A DNA stretch of 63,885 nt, the filler included, from Octopus bimaculoides (taxonomy: Eukaryota), in assembly GCF_001194135.2 (NCBI RefSeq). It is 9 parts of 8 records of this genome, joined end to end, with 100 filler letters (N's around TTAATTAATTAA, not from the genome) between each part and the next. Parts side by side here need not be neighbours in the genome. Positions count along the whole stretch, not along the records: positions 1 to 11,952 come from NC_069000.1; positions 12,053 to 18,355 come from NC_068994.1; 7 more parts are not named here. The stretch is one strand, 5' to 3'. How positions within the stretch are numbered: the stretch's first letter is position 1; each line of letters begins with the position of its first letter. Made by a program: the position numbers and the translations under genes. Positions 1 to 12,800 of this stretch are shown one piece after another. A model generated the notes under the pieces. The model saw nothing but the letters and a program-made list of their open reading frames with translations. It searched no databases and was not told where the DNA came from.

Positions 1-61
1 TAAGCACATAAAATGTGCAACAAGGTGGAAAAAAGAGTACTCAAATACCAGAGGTAGAGTA

Positions 62-218
62 ATATGCTTTATTTAAAAGCAGCAGAAATATAACAAAAGA
101 TTGTTACTCGGAGTTTCATATTCCCGTTCATCGGACAGTTTTTGTCTGATGAACGGGAACGTGAAACTCCAAGTGACAGTCTTTTGTTATATTTCTGCTG
201 CTTTTAAATAAAGTATAT
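62..218. mobile_element. Palindromic element (about 75-bp arms, 5-nt loop) containing hammerhead-ribozyme-like cores; probable Penelope-like terminal repeat relic
   Basis: Arms are reverse complements differing almost only by transitions; CTGATGA-ACG-GGAA-CGT-GAAAC at 146-167; AATAAA near the arm end. Confidence 0.7.
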
Positions 219-519
219 ATATATATATATGTATGTATGTATATAAGTGTATATATACACACACACATATATGTACAATGGGTATCTTTCAGTTTCCATC
301 TACCAAATCCACTTACAAGGCTTTGGTTGGTCCAAGGCTATAGTAGAAGACAGTTTCCCAATGTGCCACACAGTGCGACTGAACTCGGAGCCATGTGGTT
401 GGTAAGCAAGCTACTTACCACACAGCTACTCCTGTGTCTATATGTAAAAGAAACAACACAAATATACCAGATTCTTTGTAAAATTTCAAAATATATTTTG
501 AAAACTAATCTGGACTCTA

Positions 520-1460
520 AAGGAATAGTTGAAGATAGTCTCTGTCATTGACAACCATTGTATCTGAGGAAAAGGATGGTAATGATGGTTTTTGTGATTT
601 TGACAGCAATGAATTTGAGAAAAATGATAGCGATGATTTGTGTTATTGGTAAAAATTATATCTGAGAATATTGTATCTGCTGATGATAACTGTTCACATC
701 ATTGACAACAATTGCTATGAAGAAACTGCTGTTTAAGGACTGTGTCATTGACATTAATTAATCTAAAGAAACTGATGATGACAGTCTGTGTCAACTGACA
801 ACAAATTAATTTGAAGAAACTGATGATGGTAGTCTGTCATTGACAACAATTAATCTTAGTAAGCTGATGTTGACGGCCTGTGTCATTAGCAACAAATTAA
901 TTTGAGGGAACTGATGATGATAGCCTGTATCATTGACAGCAATTAATCTGAGCATGTTGGTGATGACAATGTCATTTATCTGAAGAAACTGGTTCATGTC
1001 ATCGGTAACAATTAATCTGTAGAAACTGATGACAACATTCTGCATCATTGGGAACAATTAATATATAGGAAACTGGTGATGACTGTTTCTGGTATCAGCA
1101 ACAACATATCTGAAAATCTGGTGATGACAGTCTGTATCACCAGCAGCAAAATAATCTGGGAAAACTAGTGATGGTAGTCTGTGTCATTGACAACAATTAT
1201 TAGATAATAGCCTCATGATGACAGCTTATGTCATTAGCAACAAGTTATCTGAGGAAAGAGATGATAATGGTCTATGTGGTCAGAAACGATAATTTTGAAG
1301 AAACTGATGATGGTCTGTGCTATAAGGAACAGTTAATTGAGGGAAATTAGTGATGGCAGTCTGTGTCATGGACAGCGATTAATAAATACTAAACTGTTGA
1401 CGGTGGTTTCTGTCATTGGCAACATTTTATTTGAGGAAAATGATGATGATAGTCTGCATC
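520..1460. repeat. Degenerate about 46-50 bp minisatellite (GAAACTGATGATGACAGTCTGTGTCATTGACAACAATTAATYTGA)
   Basis: Motif recurs roughly every 47 bp across about 0.9 kb. Confidence 0.85.
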
Positions 1461-1740
1461 ACAAATGATTACTTAATCTATTTGCAGAATAAGTTGGAAA
1501 TTTGGTTTGTTGCAAAGAGTGAAAGAATTTAACATTTTCGAACATGATCTTCTCTGAAAAGAGGGAGAAGGGCAAAAAGGAGGGAGAGGAAGAGAGGGAG
1601 ACTAAGAAAAAGGGGAAAGAGAGAAAGAGTGAGAGAGGGTGTGAGAGAATATAGAAGTTGCATACAACTATATATATTCTTCCTTCGCTCAAAATTACCA
1701 AAATGTTACATTTCTTTAGTCAACTACTTGAATCCTTATA

Positions 1741-2770
1741 TTAGGTTGGAACAAAATTTGTCTGTTTTAAGGCTCCAATTTTACTTAGCTTGACACGTCT
1801 TCTCAAACACATAAAGCAATAAAAAAGAAACAAGCTGTCTGATGTATTCAATCATTAATATAGTCACCATCCTTCTCTATGACATTTTCCCATAATGCCA
1901 CATTCATAAAATTCCTTAGGCTCAGAAGTGTAAAAGAAAATGAACTCATTTTAGACTTCTGCTCTTGAAGCCAGTCTCAATCCACTCAATGATTTTGTAG
2001 TAAAGAGATGGTAATCTGTAGGTGCAAGTTCTGGAGAATATGATGGATGATGCATAATTTTCTAGGTATATTTTTCTAGGAGGTCTTTGGTCGCTTGTGC
2101 AGTGGGAGGTCTAGTGTTAATCATGATGAAGGATGGCTCCTTTTTTTGCTTGTTAATGACAGACGTTTTTGGAGCAAAGCTGCTTTCAGACTTGTTAGTT
2201 GTTGGCTGTATACATTAGCTGTTATTGTCTAGCAGCTTGTGGTGAATTACTAAATGCATATCCCAGCATATACTCAGAAGAATCTTCCTTGAATGCCAGC
2301 TATTTCTGCACTGCTGAGCTGGCTCTTGACCATGACTAAGCCACAAACGTTTTCACTTAACGGTAGTTAATATGGTAGCATATCCATTTTTCATCTCCTG
2401 TAATGACTCTATGCAAAAAAGATATTTGTGGCTCACAAAATTGCAATGATGTGCAGCAATCAACATGTTTGTGATTGTTAGCAGAGAGATCATGCAGGGA
2501 CCCATTTTCCAACCTTTGACACTTTACCAAACCCTTTCAATTCACAATGAATGGGGTTTTCGCTCATGTTGAAAGCCATGGTTAGTTCCTGAGCTGTAAC
2601 AGTCAGGTTTGCTTCAATAGTGCATCTGGATCTAACCCTCTTGGATGCTCTTCTCTTGATTCATGCTGCAGGCTGTAGTCACCATTTCTGAATTGTGAAG
2701 ACCATCTTCTGCATGTTCTTCCAGTCACTATGACATCTCCACAAATGTTTCAGTGTGATTTTGCTGTCAC
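1741..2770 (-). mobile_element. Degraded mariner (DD34D-type) transposon
   Basis: TA/TTAGGTTGG mariner-like terminus at 1739-1750; minus-strand remnants of the YSPELAPTDYHL motif and of the N-terminal HTH region, with stops and frameshifts. Confidence 0.75.
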
Positions 2771-2789
2771 ACTTGCACTATCCCCTTTT

Positions 2790-3010
2790 TGAAATTCCTA
2801 AAGAATAACATGATGAATATATTCTTTGCTTGGGGCCAATACAGCAAAGAGATGGTAGTCTGTAGGTGCAAGTTCCAGAGAATATGGTTGATGATGCATA
2901 ATTTTCCAGGCATATTTTTCTATGACATCGTTGGTCTTTTGTACAGTGTGAGGTCTAGCGTTATCATGATGAAGGGTGACAACTTTTCTGCTATTAAAAC
3001 CTTTCACACT
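2790..3010 (-). pseudogene. Second mariner transposase fragment (HHDNARPH...PYSLELAPTDYHLF)
   Basis: ORF 2798-3007 carries classic mariner catalytic-domain motifs. Confidence 0.9.
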
Positions 3011-3469
3011 ATCTCAGTTTCTCATCATCCTTTCATTTTTTCATTATTTCATTTTGTCGTTTTTCTGCATCTTCCATCATTTTTTCTTTCTTGTTCAATT
3101 CTGTCATCTTTCATTCTTAGATTTTGGTTTCCCCGTCACTAATTGCTAACTTCTTAATTATCACTAATTATCATTTCCTTCTACCTGTTCATTCCTCCTG
3201 TCCTTCATTCTTCCTAAACTTAGCTTAATTTCTCTTAGCATAGCACTCCACCTCACCATCCTACTAACGGTGTTGCCCTGTTATCTCTCTGTACTACACC
3301 ATAACTATGTTGCCTGAGATACACCAATACCTTATACTATTGACTTTGTCATCTTTCAAATAGAACTGAGAAGCTAAACTCCTTTAAATCTAACTAGATA
3401 TTTACTTAAAAAAACCCAAAACAGACAGAACTTTTGTTACAGCCTGATATATATACTCTCTTATAAATT

Positions 3470-3780
3470 CTCCTTTAACTTTTCCCATAAAATAAATGTC
3501 CTATCAATTTGCCTATAAACTTTCCTATAAATAAAACGTCTCATGGATCCTCCCACAAACTCTCCTATAAACTCTCCCATAATATAAATCTCCTATAAAT
3601 TCTCTTATAAGTCTCCCATAATACTAATCTAGAAATTCTCCTATAAACTCACCTATAGTATTAATTTCCTTTAAATTCTCCTATAAACTTTCTCATAATG
3701 TCAATCTCCTATAATACAAATCTCCTATAATGGCTCCTATAATCTCTCCTTTATTCTAGATTTTCATATAACCTCTCCAA
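3470..3780. repeat. Degenerate TCTCCTATAAA / CTCTCCCATAA minisatellite
   Basis: Recurrent 11-mer variants. Confidence 0.75.
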
Positions 3781-4694
3781 CAAATTAACTGATGTTTTGA
3801 TTAGTTTTATGGATGTCAATAATGTCTAATAGATTCTCTAAAAATAAATTAAAAATCTTTTAAACGCTTTTATAAATTAAATGTTTTGATTGATTTTAAG
3901 GATCTCAATTACAGAGAGGAAAGTGGTTGTGTTGTGATGATAATGCTGGTGTGTTGTGGTAGTGTTACTGAAGTAGTATTTGTGGTGGTAGTGGTAGTGT
4001 TGTGATGGTGGTAGTTGTGGTGCCAGTGATAGTAATTGTGGTATGGGTGGTGTTGTAGTGGTAGTGTTGGTGATGTAGTATTGGTAGTGTAGTGGTGGTA
4101 GCATTGTGGTGTAGTAATAATAGCGGTGGTACTGTTGATGGTATTTTGGTGCTGTTGAGATGGTAGTGGTGTGGAGGTGGTATTGGTGGTCTGGTGGTAT
4201 TCTATTGGTGGTAGTGGTTGTGTTATGTTAATGGTGATGGTGGTGGTGGTGGTGGTAGTAGTGGTTGTCTTATGTTAATGGTGGTAGTAGTGGTGGTGGT
4301 AGTGTTTAAAAGATTGTGTTGGTGGTGGTAGTGGTGGTGGTGGTGGTGGTGGTGGTGGCAGTTGTGTTATAGTGATGATGGTAGTACTGGCTGGTGACGA
4401 TAGGAAAATTGCCAGGAATACTGTCATATACTTAGAGAAGGTACATAGCTTAGTGGTTAGGTTATTCAGCTCACAATCATGAGGTTTTGAGTTCGATTCC
4501 TAGTGGTGCATGTTGTGTCCTTGAACAAGGCACTTTATTCCACATTGGTCATTGGTCCAATCCACTCAGCTGGCAAAAATTTCAGGAAATATTTCAGGCT
4601 GTGACAACGCATCTGATACATACTAGCATGGAAAATGGATATAAAATGCTGATGAGGAGGTGGAAGACAACGGTAGCGATGATGATAATGATAG

Positions 4695-4727
<33 letters not shown>

Positions 4728-6557
4728 GGTGGAGGACGAGGACGAGGAAGAGGAGGAATGCAGGGTAGATTTCTCTACAGATCACAATACAATGAAATAT
4801 ATTCACAAAAAATTGAACCATCAAACTCCTGCTTCAATCACATACTGCTCTGCTATTAAAAACCATCAGCATTTCCATTATTCAAATAACTACCACCACC
4901 ACCACCACCACCACTTCCACTTCTGCTGCTGCCACCACAGCCACCACCATTGCCACTACTGCCACCACTGCTATCATCACCACCACCACAATTGCTATTG
5001 CTACCATCACTGCCACTGCTGCTGCTGTCACCACTATCACCACCGCAATCTAGTAAGAGAATGTACCACCACCATCATCACCGACCTACACGCCACCNNN
5101 NNNNNNNNNNNNNNNNNNNNNNNNNNNNNNNNNNNNNNNNNNNNNNNNNNNNNNNNNNNNNNNNNNNNNNNNNNNNNNNNNNNNNNNNNNNNNNNNNNNN
5201 NNNNNNNNNNNNNNNNNNNNNNNNNNNNNNNNNNNNNNNNNNNNNNNNNNNNNNNNNNNNNNNNNNNNNNNNNNNNNNNNNNNNNNNNNNNNNNNNNNNN
5301 NNNNNNNNNNNNNNNNNNNNNNNNNNNNNNNNNNNNNNNNNNNNNNNNNNNNNNNNNNNNNNNNNNNNNNNNNNNNNNNNNNNNNNNNNNNNNNNNNNNN
5401 NNNNNNNNNNNNNNNNNNNNNNNNNNNNNNNNNNNNNNNNNNNNNNNNNNNNNNNNNNNNNNNNNNNNNNNNNNNNNNNNNNNNNNNNNNNNNNNNNNNN
5501 NNNNNNNNNNNNNNNNNNNNNNNNNNNNNNNNNNNNNNNNNNNNNNNNNNNNNNNNNNNNNNNNNNNNNNNNNNNNNNNNNNNNNNNNNNNNNNNNNNNN
5601 NNNNNNNNNNNNNNNNNNNNNNNNNNNNNNNNNNNNNNNNNNNNNNNNNNNNNNNNNNNNNNNNNNNNNNNNNNNNNNNNNNNNNNNNNNNNNNNNNNNN
5701 NNNNNNNNNNNNNNNNNNNNNNNNNNNNNNNNNNNNNNNNNNNNNNNNNNNNNNNNNNNNNNNNNNNNNNNNNNNNNNNNNNNNNNNNNNNNNNNNNNNN
5801 NNNNNNNNNNNNNNNNNNNNNNNNNNNNNNNNNNNNNNNNNNNNNNNNACGCACACACTCACACACTCACACATAACTTCCTCTTAATGTTACTACCATC
5901 ACTACCACCACCACCACCACCACCACCACTACCACCACCAACATCTCCACCATTTTCATTGGGTTCTGTAATTCTCTAATTAATTGCAGCATTTTATGAT
6001 GAACCAATGCAGTAAAACGGTACAGGTAGGGTTAGAACACATTGCTCCAGGATGAAACCTCTCCTTTTAGATGCTTTGGTGTGGCTGTGTGGTAAGAAGT
6101 TTATTTCCCAACCTCATGGTTCTGCTTTCCATCCCACTGCATGGCATCTTAGGCAAATGTTGTCTACTTTAGTCTTGGGCTGATCAAAGCCTTGTGAGTG
6201 GATTTGGTAGACAGAAACTGAAAGAAGTCCATCATCATCATCATCATCGTCGTCGTTTAACGTCTGCTTTCCATGCTAACATGGGTTGGACGATTTGACT
6301 GAGGACTGGTGAACCGGATGGCTGCACCAGGTTCCAATCTGATCTGGCAGAGTTTCTACAGCTGGATGCCCTTCCTAATGCCAACCATTCCAAGAGTGTA
6401 GTGGGTGCTTTTACGTGCCACCGGTACGAGGGCCAGTCAGCTGGTTCTGGGTTCAGCCCCACTGCACGACACCTTGAGCAAGTGTCTTCTACTATAGCCT
6501 CAAGCTGACCAAAGCCCTGTGAGAGGATTTGGTAGACAGAAACTGAAAGAAGCCTGT

Positions 6558-6624
<67 letters not shown>

Positions 6625-7857
6625 TTGTGTGTGTGACTTTGTGTCCATGTTTGTCCCCCCACCATTGCTTGACAACTGATGTTGATGTGTTTACATCCCT
6701 GTAACGTAGTGGTTTGGCAAAAGAGACCGATAGAATAAGTACTAGGCTTACAAAGTATAAGTCCTGGGGGTCGATTTCTTTGACTAAAAGCCCTTCAAAG
6801 CAGTGTTCCAGCATGGCCACAGTTAAATTACTGAAACATGTTAAAGAATAAAAGAATAGTAAGATACCAATTCATTAGAATGTTGTTTAGAAGTGTGCTA
6901 AAAAATTGCAACTAATTTTTTTTGAATTAAAACTATTATGGTACTTAAGGAATGTGTACCAGTTCATTTGTAATTGATACAAAATGGAATGAGAGAGACT
7001 CAGACAAATTACTAATTAGGATAGACAATATCATATTCTGCAGAAAATAGCAATACTAGAATAGATATAGGTATGTTCCTGTAAATAGTTGTACAAAAAT
7101 AGACAGAGGCAATAGCTTATCTATTCATTCTTAATATGTTCTGGCAGATTAGGAAATGAATATCTGATTGCTGTTGTTTTTTTGCCACTAAAGAACACCT
7201 CTTTTTAAGTGGTGTGTGTTCACAACATGTGATTCACTAGAGTCTCTGTAATGGAGTCTTTGAGACACCATAATATTTTGACCTTGTTGTACGTCTCCTC
7301 AATCAAAACTACTTCACATTGTTCTGTGTGTGCCCCTCGAATCATTACACTGTGCGACATGACATTTGTCCTTGGATAGCAATTGTTATTTCCTATTTAC
7401 TTTACCCAGAGAAAGTATGAAAAATGGCTAATATTTCCTTCAAACTTTGCTTTTGTTACATTTATTCAAACACCATAGAATCCCTCTCAACACAGGGCTA
7501 TGATACTCTCCTACTATTCCAGCTCATGATCAGAGAGGCACATATTGTCAGCCAGTAAGGTACATGCTAAAGGGGTTAAGGTCAGGCAACTGACAAGCAT
7601 ATCTGTGGCATTGAGCAGAATATTTGCTATTAAGAAATTTCTGCTTCAGCAACTTAGAGTTGAATCTGTCTGAAATGTAATGGAAAATAGGTCAGTTTCA
7701 AAACATGGATGTCCAGCTTACAAAAGCAAAGTGTGAAGGGAATAGTAGTCATTTCCTTTGGTTTCTAGACAGAAGTGAATAAGAAATAACACTTATTGGC
7801 CAAATCAAAAATAAATAAATAAATAAAAATTTTGTTTTACACAATGTTATCTGTTAG

Positions 7858-8016
7858 GCAGACATCTGCACAACAAATGATTTGTTTGCTGATTCCTATA
7901 AAGAAGAGCTTCTGTTAGACCCACTGATCTGGCCTGAGGTAGCTTCAACTGACGAAACACACAAAGAGGTCAAAACACTGCAGTGCTTCTTGAGGTCTCC
8001 TTACACTAGTAAACTG
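7858..8016 (+). CDS. Candidate internal exon of an unidentified gene (ADICTTNDLFADSYKEELLLDPLIWPEV...SPYTSKL)
   Basis: ctgttag acceptor, GTAAAT donor, 159 nt phase 0-0, complex protein-like sequence inside ORF 7882-8379; family not recognised. Confidence 0.5.
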
Positions 8017-8574
8017 GTAAATCATGTGTATGTTATGAACTCACATCATCTAAAGAAAGAAGTGTTCTCCAATGGTGAAAAACCACAGTGTTCAAATATC
8101 TGTGTTGAAATCTGCCAGAATATATTAAGAATGTATGCATGTGTGTATGTGTGTATGTTTGTGTCTCCTTTCTTGACATTATATAACATTGTAAATGAAA
8201 GCCATGCAATTACCAGTATTCTGAAAAAAAAAAAAAAAACGTGTCTGACCATGGGGAAATGTTACCTTGCTTGGAAACAGATGAGGGCTGGTAACAGTAA
8301 GGGCATCTGGCCTTGGAAAATCTGCCTCACTAAACTCCATCTGACCCATGCAAGCATGGAAAAGTGGATGTTAAAATGAGGATGGTGATGATGTGTATAA
8401 TATTGTATTGCAGGATGTAGTATATTATTAAATTGTACAAAGGTGTCAATGAATCTCTACAATAGTGGTGAGAAAACTTTTGGTACCAGATGTGAATTGC
8501 AAATTTTTAAGACTCTGTAGGTTACATATGTGCTGAGAAAAGTAATGAATCTTTTATTGTATAAGTTCATTAAT

Positions 8575-8975
8575 CTTTTACTCTTTTACTCTTATACTTG
8601 TTTCAGTCATTTGACTGCGGCCATGCTGGAGCACCGCCTTTAGTCGAGCAAATCGACCCCAAGACTTATTCGTTGTAAGCCTAGTACTTATTCTATCAGT
8701 CTCTTTTACCAAACCGCTAAGTTATGGGGATGTAAACACACCAGCATCGGTTGTCAAGCACTGTTGGGGGGACAAACACAGACACGCAAACACACATATA
8801 CATACATATATATGACGGGCTTCTTTCAGTTTCTGTCTTGCAAATCCACTCACAAGGCTTTGGTCGGCCTGAAGCTATAGTAGAAGACACTTGCCCAAGG
8901 TGCCATGCAGTGGGACTGAGCCCAGAACCATGTGGTTGGTAAGCAAGCTACTTACCACACAGCCACTCCTGCGCC
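8575..8975 (-). mobile_element. Near full-length tRNA-head SINE (family B in this window)
   Basis: Same element, whole or partial, at about 280-440(-), 6075-6235(+), 6440-6855(+), 26670-26780(-), 40140-40361(-), 41600-41930(+), 42420-42570(+), 54740-54910(+), 62890-63200(-), 63375-63650(-). Confidence 0.9.
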
Positions 8976-9834
8976 TAATAATAATTTATATTAAATTATA
9001 TTAGGTTACAATTTTGGTCAAAAGGACTAAAAAGGTTTTTCATGTGGTTTTTAGAGACTTCGCTTACAGGGAATTTCAAAGTAGAACATGGAAGAAATTT
9101 CACCTGTGGGCAATGGTTTCCCGATCTCTGCTGTTAGGAGTAATTCAATCTGCAAGAAATAGCAGCTTTTTCTATCTCCTATCATACTCTACCATCTTAA
9201 CAAAAGAAAGAACATATTGAATGATGTAGTCTTAGATACACTATATATCTCATATCACACCCTATCATATAAAAAAAAGCAGATATAGAATAAAAAAAGT
9301 TGTTTATTAATTAGTTATCAGTATGTAAGTTTTATTACAAAAATACAATTATTAAAGTCTACAAAATTCTTTAAAATTCTTATTTTGATATATTTCTTTT
9401 TTTTTTTTTTTATCAAAATGTGGTTTTAAAGTTTCTTTTATTGAAGATTTCAACTACAGAGCAGTTTTTAACACTGCAAGACAATGTTCCCTCTTAGTCT
9501 GTCTCTCTCTCTCTCGTACATTTCCTGGTGCTACTTTTCTACAGACATAGTAGTAAAACATTTCTCCAAATTCTAAATTTAATCTGGCATCAGCTAAATT
9601 ATGTTGATTCTAATATCCTTTCATATTTGTTGAAAGTTTTCAAGAAATAGAAAGCCAAAGAGAAAAGCAGTTTTAATTTACTTATACCAAATATAAACTT
9701 GTAACAAATAATGTAGTCATAGACACATTACTTCTGATAAAATGAAGAAAGAAGCGAAAAACAAAACAAGTTTATCACAACAGGAATGCCTTCTTTCATA
9801 AAAAAATAAAGGATAAAGATCCATTCCGAGTCAA

Positions 9835-10080
9835 AGGATAAAGATTCCTTCCGAGTCATATAGACTCAAGGGGCCGATTCCCTGGTTTCTGTGGAGTATA
9901 TATATCCCACCTGGATGGGACACCAGTCCATTGTAAGGTAACTCATTTTTGCCAGTTGAGTGGACTGGATTAATGTGAAATGAAATGTTTTGGCCAAGAA
10001 CATGGTTGCCCGGTCCAGGAATTGAAACTGCAGTCTTATGATCATGAGTCCAACACCCTAACCACTAAGCCATGTACCTC
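9835..10080 (-). mobile_element. tRNA-head SINE (family E) with short tandem tail repeat
   Basis: Head GGCTTAGTGGTTAGG; related sequence at 4445-4600(+); duplicated AAAGGATAAAGAT..TTCCGAGTC tail. Confidence 0.7.
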
Positions 10081-10264
10081 CACCTTCTTTCACAAGTCTG
10101 TGTGATGAAGACCGACCAAGGGCTAAACAACAATAACAGCAAACAGCACCACAGATACAAGTGATCACTTGCTGCCATTTCCAGAGGGGGGAATGGAACC
10201 AAATAGTTTCAGCAGTAGAAGGATTAGATAGTGAAGTGGTAACATTCATACTTTCTCTTGACAG

Positions 10265-10326
10265 AATTATCAACATTTGTGAAGAAAAGAGTTGGATTCA
10301 ACGAGGGATTTGAAACCGGGTTGCAG
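10265..10326 (+). CDS. Candidate exon (LSTFVKKRVGFNEGFETGLQ)
   Basis: ctttctcttgacag acceptor, CAG/GTATGT donor, open in phase 1 to 0. Confidence 0.4.
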
Positions 10327-10414
10327 GTATGTGCCTCATACAGTTTACCTCCTACCTTTTACTCTACAGATAGTTTAGTCCTTCTTTGTGGAGCTTAGGA
10401 ATATTAGTGCTGTT

Positions 10415-10960
10415 AATGATGATGATGATGACTATGATGATGGTCGTCACTGTCATCATCATTATTGTGATCATCATCATCATCTTCATTATCGTCATTA
10501 TCATCATCATTATTGTCATCATCATCATCGTCGTCATCATCATCGTCGTCGTTGTCGTCATTGTCATTGATACCATCATCATTGTCGTTGTCATCATTGC
10601 TATCATCATCATCATCATCCTCATCATCATCCTCATCTTCATCGTCGTCATCATCATCATCATCACCATCATCCTCATCGTCGTCATCATCATCCTCATC
10701 ATTATTGTCGTCATCATCGTTGTTGTCGTTGTCATTGTCATCATCATGGTTGTCATCATCATGGTTGTCATCATCATGGTTGTCATCATCATTGTCATCG
10801 TCGTCATCATCAGAATCATTGTCATCGTCGTTGTCATTGTCATTATTGTCGTCATTATCATCATCACCGTCATCGTCATCATTATCGTCGTGGTCATCAC
10901 CGTCATCATTATCGTTGTTGTCGTCATCGTCACCGTCATCACCATCGTCTTCATTAGCAG
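10415..10960. repeat. Compound (CAT/CGT)n trinucleotide tract
   Basis: Directly visible. Confidence 0.95.
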
Positions 10961-11159
10961 CAGCAGCATCAACAGGCTGGAATGTCAAATTACATGAAAA
11001 CCATCCATATCTCATTTATTACTGTCGCCCCTACGCCTACCCCTACCCCCTTTCATATCTACCCCCTCGCCCCCTTACCATCCTTACCAGCCTGCAATTG
11101 ACAAACTAATTTCCTTGATGAGGATAATTTACAAACAGCTGAAATCTCAGGAGGATTTC

Positions 11160-11673
11160 CAATCACACACACACACACACACACACATACACAGCCATAC
11201 ACACACACACACACAGCCACACACACATACACAGACACATACACACATATACACACACACATGCACAAACGCACACACACACGCACAAACGCACACACAC
11301 ACACGCACAAACACAAACATTGACCGAAAACACATGTGATCACACACACACATACACACATATACACACACACGCACAAACGCACACACACACACACACA
11401 CACGCACAAACACACACATTGACCGAAAACACATGCGACTACGCACACGCATACACACACACACACACACACGCACAAACATACATATTGACGAAAACAC
11501 ATGCGATCACACACACACATACACATACATGCATACACATACACATGCACACATACAAACATTCATAGATATAAATCTATAAGCATATGCTACATGTAAA
11601 ACACATATGCATGCACATACATACATAAATATACACAATTATGCATACACATATGCATACACATACACACTTG

Positions 11674-11737
<64 letters not shown>

Positions 11738-11836
11738 CATACATGCAAACACACACACACACATATACATGTATGTAAGCATACATATGCAGATCCATTC
11801 ATAAGCATGCACACTCACACACCCATACATACAGGC

Positions 11837-11873
<37 letters not shown>

Positions 11874-11903
11874 TTCATACATACATGCATAACTAACATA
11901 TAC

Positions 11904-11952
<49 letters not shown>
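11160..11952. repeat. (CA)n/(TA)n/(AGAC)n compound microsatellite with repeated CATTGACCGAAAACACATG spacer
   Basis: Spacer recurs three times between about 11318 and 11505. Confidence 0.9.
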
Positions 11953-12052
11953 NNNNNNNNNNNNNNNNNNNNNNNNNNNNNNNNNNNNNNNNNNNNTTAA
12001 TTAATTAANNNNNNNNNNNNNNNNNNNNNNNNNNNNNNNNNNNNNNNNNNNN
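11953..12052. other. Artificial 100-nt scaffold join (44 N + TTAATTAATTAA + 44 N); linker also at 18400, 27330, 34492, 38379, 40406, 48249, 62789
   Basis: Identical 12-mer centred in N runs at eight sites; gives stop codons in all six frames. Confidence 0.95.
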
Positions 12053-12202
12053 ATATATATATGTATATATATATATATCCCATTTTCTTTGTATTCTTCT
12101 TTTCATTGGTATATATATGATATATATATGTATGGAGAGCGAGAGAGAAAGAGAGAGAAGGAAAGAGAGAAATAACTTGACTCCATGGCATGTTTTATAC
12201 AG

Positions 12203-12327
12203 TAATGAAATGGAAAGCAAATGTAACCGCGTTAATATTTGAAATCGGAAAGCAAAGAGACTTTTGTTCCAGTCACCGAAACGATTTTCTCCAACGCCTC
12301 TATGAACAGAAGGCAACTCACCTTTAA
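12203..12327 (+). CDS. Candidate terminal exon (MKWKANVTALIFEIGKQRDFCSSHRNDFLQRLYEQKATHL*)
   Basis: ttttatacag acceptor, 40-codon open frame to TAA; no homology recognised. Confidence 0.25.
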
Positions 12328-12728
12328 ATCATTCTTTACCTTCTCTAAAAAATGTGGGATGTTTAGGATAAAGTATTTATAGATAGAGTGAAAGAAAATG
12401 AGGAGAATGTCAAGTGATCTGTAATCTCCAGATATAGACACATACATAAAGATACATTGATACATATAAGAACATCAATGTCTACATATAACATATAAAC
12501 ATGTACAAATCTCTACAAATATACATCTATACAAATATGCACATACGAAATTGTGTTGAAAAGTATCTGGCATTGGATAAAAGAAAATACCGGAGGATCG
12601 GAGGATCTGTTAATCATGATTTTATTCAACATATTATCCTCTCAGATTCACACACTTATTGCAGCGGTCCTTCTGTTTTTCAAGGTCCCGTAAAAGAACT
12701 TTTCAGCAACACCTCGTAGATATAAACA

Positions 12729-12800
<72 letters not shown>

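Noticed and set aside
4660-5979. Acidic/His-rich 439-aa ORF
   Set aside because: Built from (GAT)n and (CAC)n repeats plus N gap; an in-frame TAA lies just upstream and there is no acceptor
10369-10377. Terminal exon IV* after the 10326 donor
   Set aside because: Would need a 42-nt intron, implausibly short
10364-11109. Poly-Asp/Met/His/Ser ORFs in several frames
   Set aside because: A trinucleotide tract is open in most frames by construction; no splice or homology support
12322-12418. Minus-strand exon SLDILLIFFHSIYKYF... with GTGAGT donor
   Set aside because: Acceptor lacks a pyrimidine tract, it is not phase-compatible with the ATG-G exon, and it overlaps the + candidate; left unresolved
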